Positions 1 to 15,017 of a DNA stretch of 64,000 nucleotides are shown piece after piece. This DNA comes from Eledone cirrhosa (taxonomy: Eukaryota), in the NCBI GenBank assembly GCA_964016885.1, contig OZ024740.1:284704001-284768000 (forward strand), given 5' to 3'. Position 1 is the stretch's first letter; each line of letters opens with the position of its first letter. Position numbers and translations under genes: made by a program. Below the pieces are notes generated by a model that was given only the letters and a program-made list of their open reading frames with translations, did not search any database and was not told the origin of the DNA.

Positions 1-766
1 CATTTAGTAGCCTTTCATAGTGACACTTCCAAGCTACCTTCTTATCAGTGTCGGTGATGGCAAGTATGCCATCATCGTTAAGTACACACTTCTCCCCGAC
101 AATATCACGGTTTTCCTTGACGCATTGCCTAGCAATCCTGAACACCTCACGTTTTTGGTCATCGCGTTGTAGAACATGCTTGAACTTTCTTTCCTCAGCT
201 TCCCTTCTTGCTAAGTACACTTCTCTCCTAGCTTCCCTCCTGGCCACTTGATAGTCTACTCTACTTCCCCCATCCCGCCATACTTTCCAAGCCTGCTTTT
301 TGGCCTTAATTGACCCCTCCACCTTACTGTTCCACCACCATGTTACTCTCCTCCTGCCTACAGGCCTGCTCCAGCCACAGACTTCGTCTGTCGCCAACAG
401 CAGGTTTGCTTTCAGAAATTCCCACTGTCCCTCTATATTGTCCGATTCTAGATGCTCTTCCTTACTGTCGAAAGCATCAAGTAATATGCTTTGAAATTTA
501 TTTCTGGCTGTGGGGTCCTTTAGTTTCATTATTTTCCTCCTGAGGATAGTCCTCTTCTGCTGTCGAGTACGTCTCGTCCTGACTATGAGGTCGCTAATTA
601 TCAGTCTATGTTGGGAGGTGCATTCTTCATGGGGGAGGGATTTAGTGTTTACAACAGACACTCTGTCACGTCTTCTGGTAAGGATATAATCTACCTGGCT
701 TGTGTGTTCCCCGGATCTATAGGTGATCAGGTGATTGTCACGTTTTTTGAAGTTAGTGTTACAGAT
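1..766 (-). mobile_element. RTE-clade LINE family A, 5'-truncated copy (continues beyond the window start)
   Basis: Reverse complement of the ORF segment ICNTNFKK...CHYERLLNE. Mirror of 34893-35658, sharing the private variant RRKIMKLK. Its 5' end abuts a TA array. Confidence 0.95.
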
Positions 767-769
767 ATG

Positions 770-800
<31 letters not shown>

Positions 801-1003
801 TTATATATATGTATATATATATATGTATATGTATATATATGTATATATATATATGTACATATATATATGTATATATATGTATATATGTATATATATGTAT
901 GTATATGTATATATATATATATGTATATATATGTATATATATATATGTATATATATATATGTATATATATATATGTATATATATATATGTATATGTATAT
1001 ATG

Positions 1004-1034
<31 letters not shown>

Positions 1035-1088
1035 GTATATATATATATGTATATATATATGTATATATATATATATGTATATATATAT
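767..1088. repeat. Irregular (TA)nTG microsatellite spacer between head-to-head RTEs
   Basis: Alternating TA with G interruptions on the + strand. Reverse complement of 34571-34892, with identical translations in the ORF track. Confidence 0.95.
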
Positions 1089-4000
1089 TCACCTCGTGGA
1101 CGAGAATGCGAGCACTCTTCTTTGTTTCGCCCGCGGATGGCTAACATAACCCCATTTCCCCCCGCCCCACACCACCCCCACCCTCCAAACGCGATCCAAA
1201 ACTTCAGAGTTGGTACCATAAATGTAGGCACCCTAAAGGGGCGCGCTAACGAGGTTGTAGAAATGCTTGAACGTAAGGAGGTCGATGTTTGTTGTATTCA
1301 AGAGACCAGGTGGAGGGGTGGGTCTGCTAGATTCATTGAGGGTAAAAAACGATGTTATAAGCTTTTCTGGGTGGGAAACGACGATGGGCTGGGTGGAGTA
1401 GGAATCATGGTAGCAGAAAAGTGGGCGGATAAGATAATAGACGTAAATAGAGTGAACGACAGAATAATTAAAATACGACTTGTCCTCAATAGAACTACGG
1501 TGACAGTAATATCTGCGTATGCACCCCAATCCGGACTGCCCGGCACTATAAAAGACAGATTCTATGAGACACTGATGCTCACTACCTCCCAAATATCTGA
1601 CAGTGACTATATAATTATTGCAGGCGACCTAAATGGTCACGTTGGGCAACATTGTGACGGCTACGACGAAATCCATGGAGGCTATGGGTTTGGTACTAGA
1701 AATGAGGAAGGCTCCAGAATCCTGGAATTCTGTGATGCAAATAACCTAACTATCTGTAACACTAACTTCAAAAAACGTGACAATCACCTGATCACCTATA
1801 GATCCGGGGAACACACAAGCCAGGTAGATTATATCCTTACCAGAAGACGTGACAGAGTGTCTGTTGTAAACACTAAATCCCTCCCCCATGAAGAATGCAC
1901 CTCCCAACATAGACTGATAATTAGCGACCTCATAGTCAGGTCGAGACGTACTCGACAGCAGAAGAGGACTATCCTCAGGAGAAAAATATGGAAGCTAAAG
2001 GACCCCACAGCCAAAAATAAATTTCAAAACATATTACTTGATGCTTTCGACAGTAAGGAAGAACACTTAGAGTCGGACAATATAGAGGGACAGTGGGAAT
2101 TTCTGAAAGCAAACCTGCTGTTGGCCACAGACGAAGTCTGTGGCTGGAGCAGGCCTGTAGGCAGGAGGAGAGTAACATGGTGGTGGAACAATAAGGTGGA
2201 GGAGTCAATTAAGGCCAAAAAGCAGGCTTGGAAAGTATGGCGGGATGGGGGAAGTAGAGTAGACTATCAAGTGGCCAGGAGGGAAGCTAGGAGAGAAGTG
2301 TACTTAGCAAGAAGGGAAGCTGAGGAAAGAAAGTTCAAGCATGTCCTACAACGCGATGACCAAAAACGTGAGGTGTTCAGGATTGCTAGGCAATGCGCCA
2401 AGGAAAACCGTGATATTGTCGGGGAGAAGTGTGTACTTAACGATGATGGCATACTTGCCATCACCGACACTGATAAGAAGGCAGCTTGGAAGTGTCACTA
2501 TGAAAGGCTACTAAATGAGGAGAATAAATGGGAGAAAGACAGTCTCCCCCATGTCGACCCAATAGAGGGACCAGCAGTGTTAGTCGAGGGGAGTATAATA
2601 AGTAAGGCAATCAAGGATATGAAGACAGGTAAGGCGGCTGGGCCTTCGGAAATAGTTGCTGAGATGCTGAAGGCATCTGGCACGGTGGGACACACCATGG
2701 TCACCCGCATAGTTAACCAAGTCGTACAGAATGGGGCTGTTCCGAAGGACTGGCATAGCAGCATCATCGTTAACTGTTATAAGGGTAAAGGAGACGCCCT
2801 AGATAGGAGTAACTATAGAGGCATTAAATTAATCGACCAGGTCATGAAGGTCACAGAAAAAGTAGTAGCGCAACTAATCAGAGAGAGAATTGACCTAGAT
2901 GAAATGCAGTTCGGGTTTGTGTCAGGCAAAAGTACCACAGACGCTCTTTTCATAGTACGACAACTACAGGAGAAGTACCTAGCTAAAGGTAAACCCCTCT
3001 ACTTAGCTTTTGTCGACTTGGAGAAAGCCTTCGACAGAGTCCCCCGCTCCATTATCTGGTGGGCTCTTAGAAAACTAGGCGTTGACGAATGGCTTGTGAG
3101 GGCTATACAAGCCATGTATAAAGAAACAGTCAGCAAGGTTAGAATTAACAACGAATATAGTGAAGAGTTTAGCGTAAAAGTTGGCGTCCATCAGGGCTCT
3201 GTTCTCAGCCCCCTACTATTTATTATTGCCCTTCAGGCTATAACAGAGGAGTTCAAGACAGGCTGCCCATGGGAACTCCTATACGCAGACGACCTGACAC
3301 TCATAGCGGAATCAATGGCCGAGCTAGAGAAGAAATTCCAAACATGGAAGCACGGCCTAGAGTCAAAAGGACTTAAAATTAACCTGGCTAAGACCAAAGT
3401 TCTAGTTTGTAGGAAAGAAAACAAGGCGGCGGTCCCTTCTGGGAAATGGTCGTGCTCGGTGTGTAGGAAAGGCGTAGGTAGAAACTCCATTTTGTGTCCT
3501 AAATGCAAAGTATGGGTGCATAAAAGATGTAGTGGGATCACAGGTAAGCTAACTAAGAACATAGATTTTACATGTGGCCGGTGTTCTGGTGCAATAAGTA
3601 GCAGCAAGTGCCCACACAATACTAGCCCTTTCAATTGCGCAGAGGGTTCTATAGAAATAGTGGACAGCTTCCGTTACCTGGGCGATAAAATCAGCAGTGG
3701 GGGAGGGTGCTCTGAAAGTACTGTAGCTAGAGTCAGAACTGGTTGGAAAAAGTTCAGAGAGCTTATACCACTATTAGCTGCTAAAGGGTTCTCCCTAAAA
3801 ATGAAAGGCAGGTTGTACGATGCCTGCATACGAACAGCAATGTTGCATGGCAGTGAGACCTGGGCATTGTGTGCAGAGGATATACGCAGACTAGAGAGGA
3901 ACGAAGCTTGCATGCTCCGCTGGATGTGTAACAGTAATATACGTGAACGGCAAAGCATAAACGAACTAAGGAAAAAATTAGAGATAAGAGGGATCAGATG

Positions 4001-4613
4001 TTGTTTACTCGAGAGAAGGCTACGTTGGTATGGACACGTGATGCGCATGAAAGTCGATAGCTCTATAACAAAGTGCAGGGCAATAAAGATAGACGGTAGC
4101 CACGGAATAGGCAGACCTAGAAAAACCTGGGACGAGCTGATAAACTCCGACCTCACACACTTACACCTCTCCAAGACAATGTCACTGGACCGAGACCTTT
4201 GGCGGTACTCAGTAACAGAGAAGACCCGCCTTGCCAGTAGGCATCTCTAACAAAATACACCCCGTCCCACCACCACCACCCCCACCCCATCCACACCGCC
4301 CCGTCCTATGTAAAGTTATGTTGGTGCCGCGCCATCCGGGCCGAAACAAATGAGATCGTGTAGGTGTCACGACAAAAAAACACACAGTCCACGCTGTAAT
4401 GTGGCCGTGTAGGCAACACGGTAAAAACCTCCCAGACCCACACTGTAAATGTGGTTGGTGTTAGGAAGGGCATCCAACTGTCAGAAAACCTGCCAGACAG
4501 TCCTATGCGAGCAAGACAATCACTCTTGCCTCAAGTGGGACTACCCCCGTCCAAACCCATGCAAGCGTGGAACACGGACGTTAAACGTTGATGATGATGA
4601 TGATGATGATGAT
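1089..4613 (+). mobile_element. RTE-clade LINE family A, near full-length
   Basis: Single APE-RT ORF, about 340-nt 3'UTR, (GAT)8 tail at 4590-4613. Confidence 0.96.
1137..4250 (+). CDS. RTE polyprotein: APE endonuclease + reverse transcriptase + PHD-like finger (1037 aa from ATG 1137)
   Basis: APE motifs GTINV, IQETRW, AYAPQ, GDLN, DYIL, SQH. RT motifs [37 protein letters not shown]. The track's N-terminal extension from 735 is microsatellite. The true start may lie upstream of 1137. Confidence 0.9.
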   Translation: MANITPFPPAPHHPHPPNAIQNFRVGTINVGTLKGRANEVVEMLERKEVDVCCIQETRWRGGSARFIEGKKRCYKLFWVGNDDGLGGVGIMVAEKWADKIIDVNRVNDRIIKIRLVLNRTTVTVISAYAPQSGLPGTIKDRFYETLMLTTSQISDSDYIIIAGDLNGHVGQHCDGYDEIHGGYGFGTRNEEGSRILEFCDANNLTICNTNFKKRDNHLITYRSGEHTSQVDYILTRRRDRVSVVNTKSLPHEECTSQHRLIISDLIVRSRRTRQQKRTILRRKIWKLKDPTAKNKFQNILLDAFDSKEEHLESDNIEGQWEFLKANLLLATDEVCGWSRPVGRRRVTWWWNNKVEESIKAKKQAWKVWRDGGSRVDYQVARREARREVYLARREAEERKFKHVLQRDDQKREVFRIARQCAKENRDIVGEKCVLNDDGILAITDTDKKAAWKCHYERLLNEENKWEKDSLPHVDPIEGPAVLVEGSIISKAIKDMKTGKAAGPSEIVAEMLKASGTVGHTMVTRIVNQVVQNGAVPKDWHSSIIVNCYKGKGDALDRSNYRGIKLIDQVMKVTEKVVAQLIRERIDLDEMQFGFVSGKSTTDALFIVRQLQEKYLAKGKPLYLAFVDLEKAFDRVPRSIIWWALRKLGVDEWLVRAIQAMYKETVSKVRINNEYSEEFSVKVGVHQGSVLSPLLFIIALQAITEEFKTGCPWELLYADDLTLIAESMAELEKKFQTWKHGLESKGLKINLAKTKVLVCRKENKAAVPSGKWSCSVCRKGVGRNSILCPKCKVWVHKRCSGITGKLTKNIDFTCGRCSGAISSSKCPHNTSPFNCAEGSIEIVDSFRYLGDKISSGGGCSESTVARVRTGWKKFRELIPLLAAKGFSLKMKGRLYDACIRTAMLHGSETWALCAEDIRRLERNEACMLRWMCNSNIRERQSINELRKKLEIRGIRCCLLERRLRWYGHVMRMKVDSSITKCRAIKIDGSHGIGRPRKTWDELINSDLTHLHLSKTMSLDRDLWRYSVTEKTRLASRHL

Positions 4614-4897
4614 ATATATGTATATATATGTATATATATATATGTATATATATATATGTATATATATATATGTATATGTATATGTATATATATATATGTA
4701 TATATATGTATATATATATATGTATATATATGTATATATATATATGTATATATATATATGTATATGTATATATATATATGTATATATGTATATATATATG
4801 TATATATATATGTATATATATATGTATATATATATGTATATATATATATGTATATATATATATGTATATATATATATGTATATATATATATGTATAT

Positions 4898-4931
<34 letters not shown>

Positions 4932-5540
4932 ATGTATATGTATATATATATATGTATATATATATATGTATGTATATTATATATGTATGTATATATATAT
5001 AAGTATTTATATATATATATGTATATATATATATGTATATATATATATGTATGTATAATATATATATATGTATATATATATATATGTATGTATGTATATA
5101 TATATGTATGTATATATATATATATGTATGTATATATATATGTATGTATATATATATATGTATGTATATATATATGTATATATATGTATATATGTATATA
5201 TATATATATATATATGTATATGTATATATATATGTATATGTATATATATATGTATATGTTATATTATATGTATATGTATCTATATGTATATATATATGTA
5301 TATATATATGTATGTATATATATATGTATATATATATATATATATGTGTAATATATATATGTATATATATATATATATATGTGTATATATATATATATGT
5401 ATATATGTATATATATATGTATATATATATGTATGTATATGTATGTATATATATATGTATATATATATGTATATGTATATATATATGTATATATATATAT
5501 ATGTATATATATATGTATGTATATGTATATATATGTATAT
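4614..5540. repeat. (TA)nTG microsatellite, G on + strand
   Basis: Direct reading; begins at the RTE tail. Confidence 0.95.
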
Positions 5541-5689
5541 AATAAATAAATAACAAAGAACGCTTATAGCATATGCATATCTTTACTTGCTAACATTGTT
5601 TCATCCACACTATAAGTGGGACTCATCAGAGCATAAAGGTTAATTACATACCATACAAGCAATAACAAATCCAAGACATTGAAGAATGA

Positions 5690-6450
5690 AAGGTAATAAT
5701 AGACGATAGAGGATAAGAGTAAAAAGTAAATAAAAATAAGTGAAAATAAAAATAAAAATAAAAATAAGGGGTGCTATCTGTCACAGTTGGGCGGTGTGCT
5801 GTCAACATATAGTTACATACAAGCATACACATGTATAAGAGAACAGACAAGAGTAGACACATGGATAAGAGAACAGACAAGAGTAGATAAGATAATGGGA
5901 TTAGGTAAGAGTAGGTAAAAAATAGGTAAAAAATAGATAAAAAATAAATAAAAAATAGGTAAAAAATAGGTAAAAAACAGACTTATAATATATATAAAAA
6001 GAAATACAAAGAAATACATAACAAACTTACATATAAAATATAAAATATAGGGTAAGGAATGAGAAAATAATATACAATTAAAATTAAAAATTATATACAT
6101 AGAACATAATATAGTATAATCGTAAAATAAGATAAAATAAGGTAAACTAAAATCAAATAACAGACTAAATTAAAATTAAAATCAAATGTGTAATTATAAT
6201 TATATGTATAATTAAATGTAATTAAATGTAATTAAATAAATAAATAAAGAAATAAATAAATAAAAATTAAAAATTAAATAAATAAATAAAATTAAAATTT
6301 AAATTTTAAAATTTTAAAATTAAAATCTAAATTTAAATATTAATAAATAAATAAATAAATAAATAAATGGAGTCAAGTAAGTAAATAAATGAAAATTAGA
6401 TAACATGAAATGAAATAAAATAAAATGAAATAAAGTAAATTGAGATAAGA
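5690..6450. repeat. A-rich low-complexity tract with short tandem repeats
   Basis: AAAT/AAATT runs, a 30-bp duplication ACACATG(T/G)ATAAGAGAACAGACAAGAGTAG, and AATAGGTAAAA repeats. Confidence 0.75.
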
Positions 6451-6469
6451 TATATATTTTTTTAGAATA

Positions 6470-6838
6470 TATCTCTTGAATATATCAGGGGCCCACGAAG
6501 GCACTAAATGTCACAGTTATGTGTATCACTTGACCAATTTTTCAAAATACATTTCTTGAAAACATCAGGGGCCCACGAAGGCACTAAGTGTCACAGTCAC
6601 CAGTATCACTTGACCATTGTAAGGCAATGGAGGCGTCCCAGGTTGGGCAGTCTCGAAAGTTCACTCGAAAGTCATGGGTGTGCATTCACACAGTTGAGCG
6701 GTGGGGTAATCACAAACCGGTTCACACACCAATTTTTTAAAATATATTTCTTGAAAACATCAGGGGCCCACGAAGGCGCTAAGTGTCACAGTCACCAGTA
6801 TCACTCGAGCGGTGGGGTAATCACAAACCGGTTCAACA
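6470..6838. repeat. Mosaic GC-richer modular repeat of unknown origin
   Basis: ATCAGGGGCCCACGAAGGC(A/G)CTAA(A/G)TGTCACAGT occurs three times (about 6484, 6564, 6759). GAGCGGTGGGGTAATCACAAACCGGTTCA occurs twice. Confidence 0.8.
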
Positions 6839-6995
6839 CGGGCAGGAGTCAAATGGTCAGAAAGGTGCATCAAAGGAGGTAGAAGAATTCACATGCAAGC
6901 GTTAGGTTAAAGCAAGCAGATACAGTTGTAGCGCATACAAAATACAAAATATAAAAGCCATTAAGTCACCGCATTGGGACATCACAAGATTGTAC

Positions 6996-8851
<1,856 letters not shown>

Positions 8852-8983
8852 AGATAAATCTACCAAGAGTTTACGGTAGTGTCCAATCCGTATGAAGAAC
8901 TCAATGTATTCCGGATATCATGGAAAGAAGAAATGTAATGAAAAATCACTTTCGGTGAAAGATAAACGGTATACAGAGTCAAG

Positions 8984-9374
8984 ATAAAATATTAAACAAA
9001 TAATGAATAAACAATTCCTTATATTAAACAAAAAAAGTTCATTATTTAACGATCGTTTCTAGGATATATATGTGTGTTAGAGTTGGCATGCATATTCAAC
9101 AGATCTATGTACAAAATTATACAAAATTATACAAACTATCAAGATTAAATATACATACCAACACATATATACGCCGTCTGACGGCGTATATATGTGTTGG
9201 TATGTATATTTAATCTTGATAGTTTGTATAATTTTGTATAATTTTGTACATAGATCTGTTGAATATGCATGCCAACTCTAACACACATATATATCCTAGA
9301 AACGATCGTTAAATAATGAACTTTTTTTGTTTAATATAAGGAATTGTTTATTCATTATTTGTTTAATATTTTAT
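8984..9374. repeat. Perfect 391-bp palindrome (195-bp arms, 1-nt centre at 9179)
   Basis: Centre ACGCCGTC-T-GACGGCGT. The arms read as exact reverse complements out to ATAAAATATTAAAC / GTTTAATATTTTAT. Confidence 0.95.
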
Positions 9375-10734
<1,360 letters not shown>

Positions 10735-10903
10735 ATCATCATCATCATCAACGTTTAACGTCCGTGTTCTACGCTTGCATGGGTTTGGACGGGGGTAGTC
10801 CCACTTGAGGCAAGAGTGATTGTCTTGCTCGCATAGGACTGTCTGGCAGGTTTTCTACAGTTGGATGCCCTTCCTAACACCAACCACATTTACAGTGTGG
10901 GTC
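10735..10903 (-). mobile_element. RTE family A 3'-end fragment
   Basis: (ATC)5 tail followed by the reverse complement of the family A 3'UTR; TA arrays on both sides. Confidence 0.93.
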
Positions 10904-10906
10904 AAA

Positions 10907-10924
10907 TATATATATACATATATG

Positions 10925-10957
<33 letters not shown>

Positions 10958-11024
10958 GTATATATATATGTATATAAATATGTATATATATATATATGTA
11001 TATAAATATGTATATATATATATG

Positions 11025-11057
<33 letters not shown>

Positions 11058-11068
11058 GTATATATATG

Positions 11069-11099
<31 letters not shown>

Positions 11100-11268
11100 G
11101 TATATATATATATATATGTATATATATATGTATATATATATGTATATATATATGTATATATATATGTATATATATATATGTATATATATATGTATATATA
11201 TATGTATATATATATGTATATATATATGTATATATATATATGTATATATATATATGTATATATATATG

Positions 11269-11299
<31 letters not shown>

Positions 11300-11603
11300 G
11301 TGTATATATATATGTATATATATATGTATATATATATGTATATATATGTATATATATATGTATGTATATATATATGTATATATATATGTATAATAATATG
11401 TATATATATATGTATGTATATATATATGTATATGTATATATATGTATATATATATATGTATATATATATGTATATATATATGTATATATATATGTATATA
11501 TATATATATGTATATATATATGTATATATATGTATATATATATGTATATATATATATATGTATATATATATGTATATATATGTATATATATATATATGTA
11601 TAT
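10907..11603. repeat. (TA)nTG microsatellite
   Basis: Direct reading. Confidence 0.95.
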
Positions 11604-11897
11604 ATCATCATCACCGTTTTACGTCCGTTCTTCCACGCTAGCATGGGTTAGACGGGTTGTCCTGTTGTGGGCAGTGTCTGGTCGGCTGACCATGCCTTGC
11701 TCATACAGGAACTGATCTGGCTTGATTTCTACAGCTGGATGCCCTTCCTAACACCAACCTCATTTACAGTGAGTGCTGGGTGCTTTTTCGTGGCGCCTAC
11801 ACGTCCACTTTACAGTGTGGGCTGGGTGCTTTTTTGCCGTGGCACCTCCACGACCACCTTGCGGTGGGGGGGGGGGGGGGCATATTGTTTATATGCT

Positions 11898-14800
11898 TCA
11901 GCATGTACCCATGGGAGGTCGGGTACCCTGTATTACTGCGTGACGCCAGAAGTCACGGTCGTGTGTCATTGACTTTGAGAGGTGTAGTTGGGTAAGGTCG
12001 GCTTTTATCACCTCATCCCAAGTCATCTTGGGTCTCCCCACTCCGCGGTTTCCATCAACTTCTAGTGCTCTGCACCTTTTTATGCAGCTGTCATCCTTCA
12101 TACGCATCACATGTCCATACCAGCGTAACCGCCTCTCCTGCACGCAGCATTTGATTCCTCTTATGCTCAGTCTCTCTCTCAATTCATTTATGCTTTGTCG
12201 TTCACGTATATTACTGTTACACATCCATCGGAGCATGCAGGCTTCGTTTCTCTCTAATCTACGTAAGTCTTCCACCTTCAGCGCCCAGGTCTCACTACCA
12301 TGCAACATCGCTGTTCGGATACACGCATCATACAGTCTGCCTTTCATTCTGAGGGAGAAGCCTTTTGCAGCTAGCAGTGGTAGTAGTTCCCTAAACTTCT
12401 TCCATCCCGTTCTTACCCTAGTTATTGTACTTTCTGAGCACCCACCTCCGTTGCTAATTCGGTCACCTAGGTAGCAGAAGCTGTCTACTGTTTCTACAGG
12501 GCCCTCCCAGAGATTGGTGGTACTTGTTTCCTGTGGCTGTTTGCTTGCTGTTTCAGCACAGCTGCTGCATGTGAATCCTACATTCTTAATTAAGCTTCCT
12601 GAGATCCCGCTACATCTCTTGTGTACCCATTGTTTGCATTTGGGGCAAAGAATGGAGTTCCTACCTACACCTTTCCTACATACTGAGCAAGGCCATTTCC
12701 CTGAGGGGATCTGGGTTCTGTTTTCTCGTCTACTTATAAGGACCTTAGTCTTTGTCATGTTGACTTTGAGGCCCTTTCTCTCTAGTCCCTGCTTCCAGGT
12801 TTGGAATTTATTCTCTAGTTCTACCATAGATTCAGCTATGAGTGCGAGGTCATCAGCATACAGGAGTTCCCATGGGCATCCGGTCTTAAACTCCTCCGTT
12901 ATTGCCTGCAGGACTATGATGAACAGGAGAGGGCTAAGAACAGAGCCCTGGTGGACCCCAACCTGTACGCTAAATTCCTCGCTATACTCATTGCCAATCC
13001 TAACTTTGCTGACTGCTCCCCTATACATGGCTTGTACCGCTTTCACAAGCCATTCATCTACTCCTAGTTTTCTAAGAGCCCACCAGATTACTGCACGTGG
13101 AACTCTGTCAAAGGCTTTCTCAAGGTCGACAAATGCCAAGTAGAGTGGCTTACTTTTAGCTAGGTACTTTTCCTGTAATTGCCTCACAAGGAAGAGCGCA
13201 TCAGTGGTGCCTTTCCCTGGAACAAACCCAAATTGCATCTCGTCTATATTCACCCGGTCCCTAATCAGCTGTGCTATAACTCTTTCTGTTACTTTCATGA
13301 CCTGGTCCATCAACTTTATACCTCTATAGTTTCCTCTATCTAGTGCATCGCCTTTACCTTTGTAGCAGTTGACAATGATGCTACTGCACCAATCTTTTGG
13401 TATGGCCCCCTCTAGTATTACCTGGTTAACGATACGTGTGGTTATAGTGTGACCTACAGACCCAGATGCCTTCAGCATCTCGGCAGCTATACCCGATGGA
13501 CCGGTTGCCTTCCCTATCTTCATATCTCTGATTGCCTTACTTACTACGCTGCCGCTGACTTGTACTGCTGGTCCCTCTATAGGGTCTACGTGGGGTAGGG
13601 TCTCTTCTTCCCATGCATTCTCCTCATTTAGTAATCTATCATAATGACTCTTCCATGCATCTTTCTTCTCAGCACTTGTGAGGGCAAGCTCACCTTTATC
13701 ATTCCGGATACACTTCTCTCCAATGACATCACAACTATCTCTGACACACTGCCTCGCAATCTTGAATACCTCCTGTTTCTGGTCCTCACGTTGTAAAACA
13801 TGCTTGAATTTTCTATCCTCTGCTTCCCTCCTAGCTAAGTATACTTGTCGCCTAGCTTCCCTCTTGGTCTCTATGTAATGTACCCTGCTCCCCCCGTTCT
13901 TCCATTCTTTCCATGCCTGTCTCTTGGCCTTGACTGCTTCATCTACCTTATTGTTCCACCACCAAGTCACTCTCCTCCTGCTTGAGGTCTTACTCCAGCC
14001 ACAAACCTCATCCGTCGCCTCTAGTAAGTTATTTTTTAGGAACTCCCAGTTCTCTTCTACGTTAAATGTCTCTATCTGTTCTTCTTTACTGTCGTAGGCG
14101 TTGAGTAAAATATCTTTAAATCTGTTACTGGTTGAGGGGACTTTCAGCTTCCAGATCTTTCTTCTCCAGGTTGGCCTCTGTTTCAGGGCTCGTCTAGTTC
14201 TGACCGTGAGGTCGCTGACAACTAAGCTATGTTGGGATGTACATTCCTCACTAGGGAAGGCTTTTGTGTTTACGACCGTCCATCTGTCACGTCCTCTGAT
14301 GAGGATAAAATCTAACTGACTAGAGTGCTCCCCTGATCTATAGGTGATCAGGTGGTTGTCGGGTTTTTTAAAGTTTGTGTTACATATCGACATGTCATTG
14401 GCGTCGCAGAATTCTAGAAGTCTGAATCCTTCCTCATTCCTTGTGCCAACTCCATGGCCTCCATGTACTCTATTGAAGCCGTCGCAGTGTTTACCTACGT
14501 GTCCGTTAAAATCTCCTGCAATGATTAGGAAGTCCTTGTCGTCTGTTAGAGCAGTAGTGTGTATTAGGGACTCGTAAAACCTATCCTTAAGTTCGTCTGG
14601 CAGCCCCGATTGGGGTGCGTAAGCTGATATTATTGTGGTAATTGTCTTATTCAGGACTAGTCTGAGTTTAATGATTCTTGCATTTACCCTGTACACTGAG
14701 ATTACTTTATCTACCCACTTGTCAGCTAATAGTATACCTACACCACCCATCCCATCGTCATTTCCCACCCAGAAAAATTTGTAGCACTGGCTTTTTCCTA

Positions 14801-15017
14801 CAAGGACTCTAGCAGACCCTCCTCTCCATCTAGTCTCTTGCACACAGCATACATCAACTTCCTTTCGCTCTAGCATTTCTACGATTTCTCCTGCTCTTCC
14901 TTTCATTGAGCCTACATTGATGGTACCAACTCGGAGTTTTGGGCATTTGTCGACACTCGTAGGGGAGGGTCTCTGGGTTGGCGCTTCACGTGGGTGCTTG
15001 GTAGCTCGCAGATTCAT
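11898..15017 (-). CDS. RTE family B polyprotein (APE + RT + PHD-like finger), 1039 aa, uninterrupted
   Basis: [35 protein letters not shown]. Collinear with family A but clearly diverged from it. Confidence 0.94.
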   Translation of the reverse strand: MNLRATKHPREAPTQRPSPTSVDKCPKLRVGTINVGSMKGRAGEIVEMLERKEVDVCCVQETRWRGGSARVLVGKSQCYKFFWVGNDDGMGGVGILLADKWVDKVISVYRVNARIIKLRLVLNKTITTIISAYAPQSGLPDELKDRFYESLIHTTALTDDKDFLIIAGDFNGHVGKHCDGFNRVHGGHGVGTRNEEGFRLLEFCDANDMSICNTNFKKPDNHLITYRSGEHSSQLDFILIRGRDRWTVVNTKAFPSEECTSQHSLVVSDLTVRTRRALKQRPTWRRKIWKLKVPSTSNRFKDILLNAYDSKEEQIETFNVEENWEFLKNNLLEATDEVCGWSKTSSRRRVTWWWNNKVDEAVKAKRQAWKEWKNGGSRVHYIETKREARRQVYLARREAEDRKFKHVLQREDQKQEVFKIARQCVRDSCDVIGEKCIRNDKGELALTSAEKKDAWKSHYDRLLNEENAWEEETLPHVDPIEGPAVQVSGSVVSKAIRDMKIGKATGPSGIAAEMLKASGSVGHTITTRIVNQVILEGAIPKDWCSSIIVNCYKGKGDALDRGNYRGIKLMDQVMKVTERVIAQLIRDRVNIDEMQFGFVPGKGTTDALFLVRQLQEKYLAKSKPLYLAFVDLEKAFDRVPRAVIWWALRKLGVDEWLVKAVQAMYRGAVSKVRIGNEYSEEFSVQVGVHQGSVLSPLLFIIVLQAITEEFKTGCPWELLYADDLALIAESMVELENKFQTWKQGLERKGLKVNMTKTKVLISRRENRTQIPSGKWPCSVCRKGVGRNSILCPKCKQWVHKRCSGISGSLIKNVGFTCSSCAETASKQPQETSTTNLWEGPVETVDSFCYLGDRISNGGGCSESTITRVRTGWKKFRELLPLLAAKGFSLRMKGRLYDACIRTAMLHGSETWALKVEDLRRLERNEACMLRWMCNSNIRERQSINELRERLSIRGIKCCVQERRLRWYGHVMRMKDDSCIKRCRALEVDGNRGVGRPKMTWDEVIKADLTQLHLSKSMTHDRDFWRHAVIQGTRPPMGTC

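Noticed and set aside
735-1136. IY-rich N-terminal extension of the RTE ORF (also 34523-34924 and 34428-34892)
   Set aside because: Read-through of the microsatellite and the neighbouring antisense element.
1233-4174. Recurrent short antisense ORFs in each RTE copy
   Set aside because: Shadow frames of the RT ORF; they recur only because the copies are nearly identical.
1089-4613. A-to-I editing as the cause of differences between the twin LINE copies
   Set aside because: The changes include both A>G and T>C on the same strand, plus G>A and G>C. Ordinary transition bias is sufficient.
6480-6790. Minus-strand CTGATG...GAAA as a hammerhead, or the repeats as a CRISPR array
   Set aside because: The core reads CTGATGT or CTGATAT, not CTGANGA. 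There are no unique regular spacers, no cas genes, and the context is eukaryotic.
9256-9312. Possible hammerhead in the palindrome arm (CTGTTGA ... GAAACGATCGTT)
   Set aside because: Core mismatch and no convincing stems I or II.
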